IMG/VR virus record: IMGVR_UViG_3300035101_000063 | Origin: a virus | DNA: 64,000 nucleotides | Strand: one strand, 5' to 3' | Shown: positions 1 to 7,434 of the stretch, piece after piece | Layout of the letters: each line of letters opens with the position of its first letter | Position numbering within the stretch: the stretch's first letter is position 1 | Notes under the pieces: model-generated | Database searches by the model: none | Seen by the model: only the letters and a program-made list of their open reading frames with translations | Told to the model about the DNA's origin: nothing | Translations under genes and position numbers: made by a program

Positions 1-18
1 ATAATCAATACCTCCTAA

Positions 19-90
19 AGCCGATGAGAGGACTTGAACCTCCAACAAACTGATTACAGGTCAGTTACTCTACCATTAAGTTACATCGGC
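19..90 (-). tRNA. tRNA, anticodon UGU (Thr) most likely
   Basis: Reverse complement folds as a cloverleaf: acceptor GCCGATG/CATCGGC, T-arm GGAGG-TTCAAGT-CCTCT, anticodon stem ACTGA/TCAGT with loop CCTGTAA. Position 33 is C rather than U, so isotype is uncertain. Confidence 0.6.
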
Positions 91-103
91 TTAAACTAAA
101 TTT

Positions 104-178
104 TTGCGGAGAAGGGATTCGAACCCTTGACTGACCTGGCGTATGAAACCAGCGAGCTAAACCACTGCTCTACTCCGC
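104..178 (-). tRNA. tRNA with CAU anticodon (Met or lysidine-Ile)
   Basis: Reverse complement: acceptor TGCGGAG/CTCCGCA, anticodon stem CTGGT/GCCAG with loop TTCATAC (U33, CAU), T-arm AAGGG-TTCGAAT-CCCTT. Confidence 0.7.
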
Positions 179-180
179 AT

Positions 181-462
181 CTATAATCTAACTCCTGTCT
201 TTCTCTCTTTAAACCCTCTATCCCATTCTCTTGCATATCCCAAAACAGACAATTCATCATTAGTAGCAAAAGTATTCGCCCTTAATCCTCTATCATAAGC
301 AAGTTGCAACACATATTCTCTATGACGTTTTTCACATATATCGTCATGTTTAAAACTATTTACACAAACCCATCTTCCATTAATCCATTCATGGTATGTT
401 GTCTCCAAACAAGAATCACACCATAACTCTTTAATTGTTGACTCTTCCATATATGGATTCAT
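181..462 (-). CDS. hypothetical small Cys/His-rich protein
   Basis: 93-aa ORF directly downstream of promoter motif at 520-549; several Cys/His. Confidence 0.5.
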   Translation of the reverse strand: MNPYMEESTIKELWCDSCLETTYHEWINGRWVCVNSFKHDDICEKRHREYVLQLAYDRGLRANTFATNDELSVLGYAREWDRGFKERKTGVRL

Positions 463-519
463 ATCTAACTCTCCTTTTTGTTTCTCCTTTCCTAAGCATC
501 TTGCTCAGTATCTATCCTC

Positions 520-549
520 TATTCTAACCCTACAAAACCGTTTGTCAAC
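520..549 (-). promoter_or_regulatory. sigma70-like promoter (minus strand): GTTGACAAAC -35, TAGAAT -10
   Basis: Plus-strand tttgtcaac at 541-549 reads GTTGACAAA on minus; TAGAAT lies 16 bp downstream on minus (plus 521-526). Confidence 0.55.
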
Positions 550-554
550 AAAAA

Positions 555-791
555 TCAGCCATAAACATTAAAATAAACAAAACCTGAACTTTTTCTCGCT
601 ACACTATAATTATTTGTAACACATGTCTCTTTCAAAAGAAATTCAACATTGTCTAATTCAGATCTTAACTTCGCCAAACGGCCATGAATGTATTCAATAA
701 CATCCTTAGAAACATCCTCTTTTAATATGTCTAAAAAAGAACCTATCTCTCCTAAAATACTGATTTTCTTCTCTTTTAACTCTTTAACCAT
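555..791 (-). CDS. hypothetical protein
   Basis: 78-aa ORF downstream of the promoter/inverted repeat at 846-879. Confidence 0.45.
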   Translation of the reverse strand: MVKELKEKKISILGEIGSFLDILKEDVSKDVIEYIHGRLAKLRSELDNVEFLLKETCVTNNYSVARKSSGFVYFNVYG

Positions 792-845
792 GTCAATCTC
801 CCACCTGTTTAGAACATATATATTCTATATATCCTCTCCTTGTTC

Positions 846-879
846 TAGTGTAATATAGATTGACAAATTTTTGTCAACT
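846..879 (-). promoter_or_regulatory. promoter with palindromic -35 region TTGACAAATTTTTGTCAA
   Basis: 18-bp inverted repeat at 860-877 holds a TTGACA hexamer on each strand; AT-rich -10 candidates on the minus side (tattac/tatatt). Confidence 0.45.
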
Positions 880-891
880 GTTTTTTTACTT

Positions 892-907
892 GCGAACTCG
901 AGTTCGC
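892..907. repeat. palindrome GCGAACTCGAGTTCGC (copy 1 of 10)
   Basis: Perfect 16-bp palindrome with a central XhoI-like CTCGAG; sits 13 bp upstream (minus sense) of the -35 at 872-877. Confidence 0.9.
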
Positions 908-917
908 TAATTTATTC

Positions 918-945
918 GTTTGTTTGTTTGTTTGTTTGTTTGTTT
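918..945. repeat. (GTTT)7 microsatellite abutting the distal CRISPR repeat
   Basis: Seven tandem gttt units; the last unit is the first four bases of the CRISPR repeat at 942. Confidence 0.85.
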
Positions 946-1413
946 CAATCCACGCCCCCTTTAAGGGGACGACACAGGCTCGCCAGACCACCGTCCCAAA
1001 TTCCCCAGGTCCGTTTCAATCCACGCCCCCTTTAAGGGGGCGACACAGCCCCGTGTACACATCCGGCGACGCGGAGTTGGATATGGTTTCAATCCACGCC
1101 CCCATGAAGGGGGCGAAACAGGCTCTTGCTTTTCCTCCTTTTTTCCCACCTCGTTTGCGTTTCAATCCACGCCCCCATGAAGGGGGCGAAACAGCCGGAT
1201 AATGGAATCCTTCTGTCCATATGCCCGAATCCGTTTCAATCCACGCCACCATGAAGGGGGCGAAACAGGGCTGTTGGAGGCCCGACAAGTAAAAAACAAA
1301 CTATGTTTCAATCCACGCCCCCATGAAGGGGGCGAAACAGTTCTCTTTTTTTGCCTGGTTTATCATAATTTTCTCCTGTTTCAATCCACGCCCCCATGAA
1401 GGGGGCGAAACAG
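942..1413 (-). CRISPR. CRISPR array 1: 7 repeats x 36 bp, 6 spacers (35-38 bp), type I-C-like repeat
   Basis: Repeats at 942, 1013, 1086, 1159, 1233, 1305, 1378 read GTTTCAATCCACGCCCCCATGAAGGGGGCGAAACAG. The reverse complement ...GCCCCCTTCATGGGGGCGTGGATTGAAAC matches the canonical I-C repeat end GTGGATTGAAA(C/T), so transcription is on the minus strand. The two leftmost repeats are variants (CCCCCTTTAAGGGG-CGACACAG). Confidence 0.93.
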
Positions 1414-1622
1414 AGACCATATAAAATAATATGTAATTACAATAACTTCCATCATTATTTTCGAGCGCCTATCATTTTTATATCTTATTATATATATCAC
1501 TGTTTTAATCAATACTCATTCATAAAACAACACATTACGTAACATTATGATATCATATAATAAAAACTAATTATATATTTTTCGAGCGGTCACAACTTTT
1601 TTACCACCATATAACCGCTCGA
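1414..1622 (-). promoter_or_regulatory. AT-rich leader-like region between the two arrays
   Basis: ~200 bp, very AT-rich, next to the most conserved repeat of array 1. Contains duplicated ttttcgagcg motifs (1461-1470, 1580-1589) and an inverted repeat cgagcggt...accgctcg (1583-1621). Confidence 0.45.
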
Positions 1623-1876
1623 TTTTCAATCCACACCCCCTTAAAGGGAACGACACAGAGCTCGGCGAATGCACGACCAAGACTGCTTAATGATGTTTCA
1701 ATCCACGCCCCCTTAAAGGGTGCGACACAGACGACTAAAAATATCAAGCATTCCTTTCCCATCATTCGTTTCAATCCACACCCCCTTAAAGAGGGCGACA
1801 CAGACTTTCTTATTTTTACTTCCCCCCTCTATTTCTTCACGTTTCAATCCACGCCCCCTTAAAGGGGGCGACATAA
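1623..1876 (-). CRISPR. CRISPR array 2: 4 repeats, 3 spacers, repeat variant CCCCCTTAAAGGGGG-CGACACAG
   Basis: Repeats at 1623 (degenerate), 1695, 1768, 1841 (3' end degenerate, ...gacat). Spacers 1659-1694, 1731-1767, 1804-1840. Same orientation as array 1; lies immediately 3' of the cas7 stop. Confidence 0.9.
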
Positions 1877-1913
1877 TATATTAAATTGTCAAAGAACACT
1901 ATCTCACTATCTA

Positions 1914-2798
1914 TTACAGCCCATCAATCTTTTCAGTCATCTCCACATTACTTGGCAAATCATCTCTATTTGCCACTATATCATAATCATTAAATGAACG
2001 TATTGGTTCATTAGGACTAACAATCCTATTTATTTTTATCAAATCAAACAATTTATGAGAAGGTGCATTACCTAACTTACTATTATGTTTAAAAACATAT
2101 AATTTCCTAGCAACCATCTTTCCTCTACCTGCAGAATGGTCATGCTCAAACATATTAATCATTGCTTCCCATAACAACTCAAGATCTTCTTCTGAAAAAC
2201 CAGTTTTCTCAGCAAAATAAGCAGATATATATCCTTCACATCTATACAACCCATAAGGTACAATGAATTTTTTACCCATCGTACGTTCTTTTTCTAGGTC
2301 CTCTTCCTTAGTAACAGCCATTCTAGTAATAGTTAACTCACCAGGAAGAACAGGATCAATACTTTTTGAAAAATTCATCTGAACTGGACCACGTACTTGT
2401 CCTGCATTAACAGCATTAGTCATTACAGCACCAAAAGTCCTAATATCAAAAAAATTATTACACATCCAGTTAGTTATCATAACTGATTCTTTTTCATCTT
2501 TTGGAAGCTTATTTGTTTCTGGCTTCAAATCATACTCTTTATAAGCCAATTCATGCTGTCTATTTAAAACAGCCTTCTCTTTAACATAAATCTTAAATCC
2601 TACTTCTTCTTCTTTTGTAACTTCGATATAATTTCTTATTTTTCTCTTTATACAAACATCAGAAACTAATCCATGAGACGTTTCCGAATCAAGCCTTGGC
2701 ATACCTCCAGCATCTGGATCTCCATTTGGATTTCCATTTTCAACGTCAAACAAAAAAACAAACTCATAACGATTTTTTATAACAGCCATTTTCATCAT
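1914..2798 (-). CDS. cas7c: Cas7c (Csd2) backbone subunit of type I-C Cascade
   Basis: 294 aa; N-terminal NRYEFVFLFDVENGNPNGDPDAGGMPRLD...GLVSDVCIKRKIRNY is the Csd2/DevR-family hallmark. Confidence 0.9.
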   Translation of the reverse strand: MMKMAVIKNRYEFVFLFDVENGNPNGDPDAGGMPRLDSETSHGLVSDVCIKRKIRNYIEVTKEEEVGFKIYVKEKAVLNRQHELAYKEYDLKPETNKLPKDEKESVMITNWMCNNFFDIRTFGAVMTNAVNAGQVRGPVQMNFSKSIDPVLPGELTITRMAVTKEEDLEKERTMGKKFIVPYGLYRCEGYISAYFAEKTGFSEEDLELLWEAMINMFEHDHSAGRGKMVARKLYVFKHNSKLGNAPSHKLFDLIKINRIVSPNEPIRSFNDYDIVANRDDLPSNVEMTEKIDGL

Positions 2799-4582
2799 CC
2801 TTTCATCTCACCAACAACTTCGTTGTCAATTCTATCTTCTTCGTTTTCATTATCAACTTTTTTTACAAAAAAATCATTCCATTGATGATAATATCCTATA
2901 ACAAATAAACCTTGATCTTCCAAACTCAAATAAGTTGGAAACTTATCAATATCATTATCATAAATAATAGAACCTAATTCTTTAGAATAATAAACCCAAA
3001 GTCCATATTTTTTATTCTTCAACTTCCTCTGATGATGAGTACTCAAGTGAAGTATTTTAGGAAATGCAACAGATGGCTTAACAGATGCAGATGTAAAATA
3101 ATTATCTTTTATTGTTGTTTTTATTTTTCTTTCTTCACTCTTTTCCTGTATTTTTTCCAATACAGCAAATAATCTTCCTAAATTATACGGCAAATCTTTT
3201 CTTTCTCTGTCTAAAGACACACTAACCTCCTTATTGAAATTTCTATTTAAAATTGCTTTTATTAAAGCACAATTATAACGATTTATCCTTTCATGTTCCT
3301 GCCTTTTATTATCTTTATTCTTCTTAGGAATAACCTTTAATCTATCTATCAATAAACTCATCAATGAAACAGGATATGGTATCCCATTTAAAATAGACAT
3401 CATAAATGGACCAACTATATTTGACGTTATATTTTTTTCGTCATACTGAAAAACTATTTCTGAAAAAAGTTTTTTAATACTTGGCATAAAATATTGTTCA
3501 TTTCTCCCTACAATATCTAAAAAATCAAAATGTTGAATTAATTTATTCGAGATACCTTCTATAGTATCTATATGCCAAAATTTAACAGACAAACGAGATA
3601 AATTTGGAACCAATCCTAAAATAAAAAATCTTTCATTACCATTAATATAATCTGGCATTCTCCTTTTTTTAACTGTATCCAAAAATTCTTCAGCTTCATC
3701 AACAAAATCAAAATCTTTTGATGGATTTAATAAAGTACCAAAAATATCATCCATCTTCGATTTTTTCTCAGACCAAAATACTATGGTCATATCGCCCAAT
3801 TCAATTTTATGTTTAGACTCTGAAATATAATTAAACGCAGTACTATATGCAAAAGCTTCATACTTTCCAATAGGAGCATTCAATCCTTGATCTTTGCTAT
3901 TATTTCCATAAGAACAAAATGAATCCATATTAAACGAAACAAAAGGAGCACTTTGCCCTTTCACTCTTATATTAGGATGAAGTCTAGCAATAGCAGTATT
4001 ATCTCCACTTATAATACAACGACCAAAACAATCACAATTACTTAAATATTTATCAGACCAATATCGTTGCAATTCATTTGATTCATGTAAATATTTCTCA
4101 TTACCCAACAATTTAACAACAACATTATTACATTTATCATCTAATACAATATCAAGATCTAAAAAAACATCAGGTTCCCATTTATCTAAGAAACGTATAA
4201 AAGCTTCTAAATCATCATTATTAATCATCTTAAAATGTTCACGATGATATTCTCTGAAAGCTTCAAATCTAGCCTTGCTTTTTTCAGTTATTTTCCAATC
4301 AGTATCATCACAAGCAATACCAAACATATATTCTAAATTCTCCCAACAAAAACCAGGACTTTTATTGATTCCATTAGTACGCTTAACCAAAGGAACCCTA
4401 ATAGATATTGGCCTTGGCTTTTTTTTGCTCTTGTCTTGTATATCTTCAAATCTAATAAAATTACCATAACTATCAATAACTAATGAATACTTTATTTTCT
4501 GGTTACCAAATCCTATTACAGGAATATCAGCACCAGATTCTTTTAAATATTCATAATAATTTACCAACTCTTCAAGAATCAT
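2795..4582 (-). CDS. cas8c: Cas8c (Csd1) large subunit of type I-C Cascade
   Basis: 595 aa; N-terminus MILEELVNYYEYL...RVPLVKRTNGINKSPGFCWENLEYMFGI is Cas8c-like; 4-bp overlaps with cas5 and cas7 indicate an operon. Confidence 0.85.
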   Translation of the reverse strand: MILEELVNYYEYLKESGADIPVIGFGNQKIKYSLVIDSYGNFIRFEDIQDKSKKKPRPISIRVPLVKRTNGINKSPGFCWENLEYMFGIACDDTDWKITEKSKARFEAFREYHREHFKMINNDDLEAFIRFLDKWEPDVFLDLDIVLDDKCNNVVVKLLGNEKYLHESNELQRYWSDKYLSNCDCFGRCIISGDNTAIARLHPNIRVKGQSAPFVSFNMDSFCSYGNNSKDQGLNAPIGKYEAFAYSTAFNYISESKHKIELGDMTIVFWSEKKSKMDDIFGTLLNPSKDFDFVDEAEEFLDTVKKRRMPDYINGNERFFILGLVPNLSRLSVKFWHIDTIEGISNKLIQHFDFLDIVGRNEQYFMPSIKKLFSEIVFQYDEKNITSNIVGPFMMSILNGIPYPVSLMSLLIDRLKVIPKKNKDNKRQEHERINRYNCALIKAILNRNFNKEVSVSLDRERKDLPYNLGRLFAVLEKIQEKSEERKIKTTIKDNYFTSASVKPSVAFPKILHLSTHHQRKLKNKKYGLWVYYSKELGSIIYDNDIDKFPTYLSLEDQGLFVIGYYHQWNDFFVKKVDNENEEDRIDNEVVGEMKG

Positions 4583-5250
4583 CTTTTAACCTCATCACTA
4601 TTCGGATGTGGAACACTTATGCATCCATTTTCTATTTTTGCACGAAAAAACATAGGCAAAATATTACATTTATCTTTTTTCTTCTTTATATCAAAACACA
4701 TATCATATAACATCCAACCAAGATCGCGTGTTTCATTTATAGCAACTGGCATCTTATTAGAAATGGGCTCAAAAAAAGCCGAGAATTCTCTACAACCCAA
4801 ATATGGCTGATTAAAACATTGACCATTTTCAATCCTTCGATTAAAAATACCAAAATGCTTTCCTTTGTTTTTTCCATCGTTTTCAACAGCCTCAAAATGA
4901 GCATCAATAACATAGCTTACATCTCGTAAAACCATAGAATTACGTTGTGTTCTATCAGATTCTATAAACAAAGATAATGGCCTTGAAATATTATTCATAG
5001 TAGATGTGATATTTTTTTTATAAATTGGAGAAGACACTTCATTTCTCCGAATATTACAAAAACGAATTGGATTCAAAACATAAATCTTATCAATTATCCA
5101 TCGAATAGATTTCTTCCAATAAATAGCCTCCAAAATTCCACGTGCAGCTGATGGTGTAATCACATCATAACTAACACGCTCAGCTTTCATTTCCGGCCTT
5201 GTAAAACACGCCAATTCACCCCAAACATGAACTTTTACTCCATAATCCAT
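4579..5250 (-). CDS. cas5c: Cas5c (Cas5d) subunit and pre-crRNA endoribonuclease of type I-C
   Basis: 223 aa; VHVWGELACFTRPEMKAERVSYDVITPSAARGILEAIYWKK matches the Cas5d N-terminal signature. Confidence 0.9.
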   Translation of the reverse strand: MDYGVKVHVWGELACFTRPEMKAERVSYDVITPSAARGILEAIYWKKSIRWIIDKIYVLNPIRFCNIRRNEVSSPIYKKNITSTMNNISRPLSLFIESDRTQRNSMVLRDVSYVIDAHFEAVENDGKNKGKHFGIFNRRIENGQCFNQPYLGCREFSAFFEPISNKMPVAINETRDLGWMLYDMCFDIKKKKDKCNILPMFFRAKIENGCISVPHPNSDEVKR

Positions 5251-5317
5251 AGTTTTCCCTTATATTTTTCAATATCTTATATCACATATTCTGCCAGCAC
5301 CATACTGACAATCTATC

Positions 5318-5350
5318 AAGACATTAATCAATTAATCATGTTTTGTCAAC
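5318..5350 (-). promoter_or_regulatory. promoter of the cas5-cas8-cas7 operon (GTTGACAAAA -35, TAATGT-like -10)
   Basis: tttgtcaac at 5342-5350 (minus GTTGACAAA); tandem 8-bp direct repeat attaatca x2 at 5323-5338 between -35 and -10 (possible operator); ~60-nt leader to the cas5 ATG at 5250. Confidence 0.55.
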
Positions 5351-5356
5351 ATTTTT

Positions 5357-5668
5357 CTACATTATCATTCCACACATATAAACTCTATCAATACGATGTT
5401 CACTAGCATCAAAAAAGGGTCCTTTCTTCCCTGAATATTTTACTTCATCTTTCAACCATTTACCGTTAGTCTCCTTATCTGGATCTTCACAATATATGTC
5501 TTCAGAAACAAAATCCAAAATCTCTGATACCGCTTCAGAATCCGAATCTGTATTTATATACTTACCATTTGCTTTATCTAGGATATCAAGATCTTCATCA
5601 GATACATTCTGAATAAAATATGCTTTCATATCTTCAGGAACCATCTCAAAAACTAAAAAAACATTCAT
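5357..5668 (-). CDS. hypothetical acidic protein upstream of the cas operon
   Basis: 103-aa ORF, RBS ggagataaaag, own promoter. Confidence 0.5.
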   Translation of the reverse strand: MNVFLVFEMVPEDMKAYFIQNVSDEDLDILDKANGKYINTDSDSEAVSEILDFVSEDIYCEDPDKETNGKWLKDEVKYSGKKGPFFDASEHRIDRVYMCGMIM

Positions 5669-5711
5669 CTTTTATCTCCTCTTTGTATACAACTAACCAA
5701 TTAGTTATGCC

Positions 5712-5743
5712 TTATATAACCACGTAACAACCAGTTTGTCAAC
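5712..5743 (-). promoter_or_regulatory. promoter GTTGACAAAC -35 / TATATA -10
   Basis: tttgtcaac at 5735-5743; tatata at 5713-5718. Confidence 0.5.
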
Positions 5744-5754
5744 TATTTTCAATT

Positions 5755-6273
5755 TCAGGCAATCGTATTATTGTTTTTTATATCTTCAAAATCATTTTCA
5801 TTCAAAACTGAAAATCTCTCAACCAAACCTGTCTCTTTATTTATATTAGCACATATACAACCAAATCCAGTTGTATCATCTTTACCAAATACACCATTCA
5901 AAATACCCAATATGCCTACTCTATATCCACCCTCTGGTCTCTTTCCAATTTGTATATTTGGTATATCTGCTAAATCCTTATTACAAATAACACGCATATT
6001 AATAAGTTGATTTATTGCATATGAATCTATAGCTAAAACCTTATTCAATATATCAACCACATCATTTGGTGTAACAATATCCTTTAACATCCATAATCCT
6101 TTTTTGGACGAACTCGAGTTCGTTTCACCTATATCATCCTGGTCACTAATTACCATCTTTTTGTAAAGCTCAAAATCTCGTCTCAAAACCTCAGATGGCT
6201 CTCTTGGATTCAATATGGCTTCTGCAAAAATAAGCGAATCTTCAGGAGACAACTCAAGTACTTCTATCTTCAT
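5755..6273 (-). CDS. hypothetical protein carrying palindrome copy 2 in-frame
   Basis: 172-aa ORF. The palindrome at 6108-6123 encodes ...ETNSSSS...; possibly two genes fused by read-through (internal Met MLKDIVTP just downstream). Confidence 0.45.
   Translation of the reverse strand: MKIEVLELSPEDSLIFAEAILNPREPSEVLRRDFELYKKMVISDQDDIGETNSSSSKKGLWMLKDIVTPNDVVDILNKVLAIDSYAINQLINMRVICNKDLADIPNIQIGKRPEGGYRVGILGILNGVFGKDDTTGFGCICANINKETGLVERFSVLNENDFEDIKNNNTIA
6108..6123. repeat. palindrome ACGAACTCGAGTTCGT (copy 2)
   Basis: Exact palindrome; intragenic. Confidence 0.9.
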
Positions 6274-6310
6274 ATTTTCAACACTTTATCAACTTTGTAT
6301 GGTCCAATAT

Positions 6311-6559
6311 CTATTCATCACTCAAATATCTATCCGTATCTTCAACAACCTTTAAAATAGTCCTATCTCTATATAATATAATCTTTCTAATTAACCTCCA
6401 AATCAATTCAATTCCAATTACAGCAATCGAAAATAAAAACAATAATCCATCTATTGATTCATCAAAATTGAATTCAAAAAGTTCTGCCCCACTTATTATA
6501 AACAACAACGCAAAAAATCTTAAATCAATTTTCCCTATATCTTTTTTTCGTATTGACAT
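6311..6559 (-). CDS. small hydrophobic (membrane) protein
   Basis: 82 aa with two hydrophobic stretches. Confidence 0.4.
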   Translation of the reverse strand: MSIRKKDIGKIDLRFFALLFIISGAELFEFNFDESIDGLLFLFSIAVIGIELIWRLIRKIILYRDRTILKVVEDTDRYLSDE

Positions 6560-6570
6560 TTTTCACCATA

Positions 6571-6897
6571 TTAATTGCATCTTTTAACCATACTAATTGC
6601 ATCTTTCATCTTCTTCACTTTTTTTGTAAGCCACCCAGTACCAGCACACCATTCGCAATCAACTGGGTCATCACATCCACATGCCACCACTTCGGCTTTA
6701 CATGGTCCAACAACAAACTCAGAACCTGGTTTACAAAACATATCTATTCCAGATTCGTTATAAAGTCCCCAATTTATTTGAACCAATTGCATCGCTCTTC
6801 CGAAACCAATAGTCTTCAAAGAAGACACTAATACTTTTTCAGAAGTTGTTTTTGGACCCAAAATATCATTAGCCTTATCATAATCATCAATCAACAT
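6571..6897 (-). CDS. hypothetical protein with a DnaJ-type CxxCxGxG zinc-finger motif
   Basis: 108 aa; CEWCAGTGW plus further Cys pairs. Confidence 0.45.
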   Translation of the reverse strand: MLIDDYDKANDILGPKTTSEKVLVSSLKTIGFGRAMQLVQINWGLYNESGIDMFCKPGSEFVVGPCKAEVVACGCDDPVDCEWCAGTGWLTKKVKKMKDAISMVKRCN

Positions 6898-6909
6898 ATC
6901 ACGTGCCTT

Positions 6910-7431
6910 TCATCTATATTTTTCATAACATTCATCACATAATTGGTTTATTGAACCGACCCTTATTCCTTCAATAAAATTTTTAATTCCATCAGGTTTA
7001 CCTATTAATCTTGCTCTATGTTTCTTTGTAATCATCCTTTCGACATGTTTCCCACAACATGGACATTTCCATTCCATCAAAATAACCTTATTAACATCAT
7101 CAAAAAAAGTAGATATCTCAACCAGAGATTCACTATTCCATCCAAACGCTAAATCAACAGGAAAAACTGGTATACTAACTCCATCATCCAACTTTTTTTT
7201 AAAATTAAAAAAAATATTCTTTTTGTTAGGCTTTTTAAAATGGACACTTGAAACATCCTGCTTCATTCTATCCTTTGCCTTTTTTTGTACTGAATCTAAA
7301 TATTCTTTTATTTTTTCCTCTATCTCAACTATCCTAAGTCTAGCATTCTCTCTTTCAAACAAAGACGATCCTTCATTCTCAACGATCTTTCTCAACTTCC
7401 TAATTAACTTATACTTTGCTACTACATCCAT
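6910..7431 (-). CDS. zinc-ribbon protein
   Basis: 173 aa; CPCCGKH ... CDECYEKY Cys pairs. Confidence 0.5.
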   Translation of the reverse strand: MDVVAKYKLIRKLRKIVENEGSSLFERENARLRIVEIEEKIKEYLDSVQKKAKDRMKQDVSSVHFKKPNKKNIFFNFKKKLDDGVSIPVFPVDLAFGWNSESLVEISTFFDDVNKVILMEWKCPCCGKHVERMITKKHRARLIGKPDGIKNFIEGIRVGSINQLCDECYEKYR

Positions 7432-7434
7432 ATA

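Noticed and set aside
19-90. Possibility that tRNA 1 is an amber suppressor, which would explain the in-frame TAG at 12598
   Set aside because: The anticodon loop reads CCUGUAA (UGU), not CUA, and the other long ORFs are intact under the standard code.
924-1801. ORFs 924..1202(+), 961..1149(-), 1016..1288(-), 1202..1399(+), 1601..1801(-) from the six-frame track
   Set aside because: They are translations of the CRISPR repeats (recurring KGAWIETD / FNPRPHEGGET peptides) and not genes.
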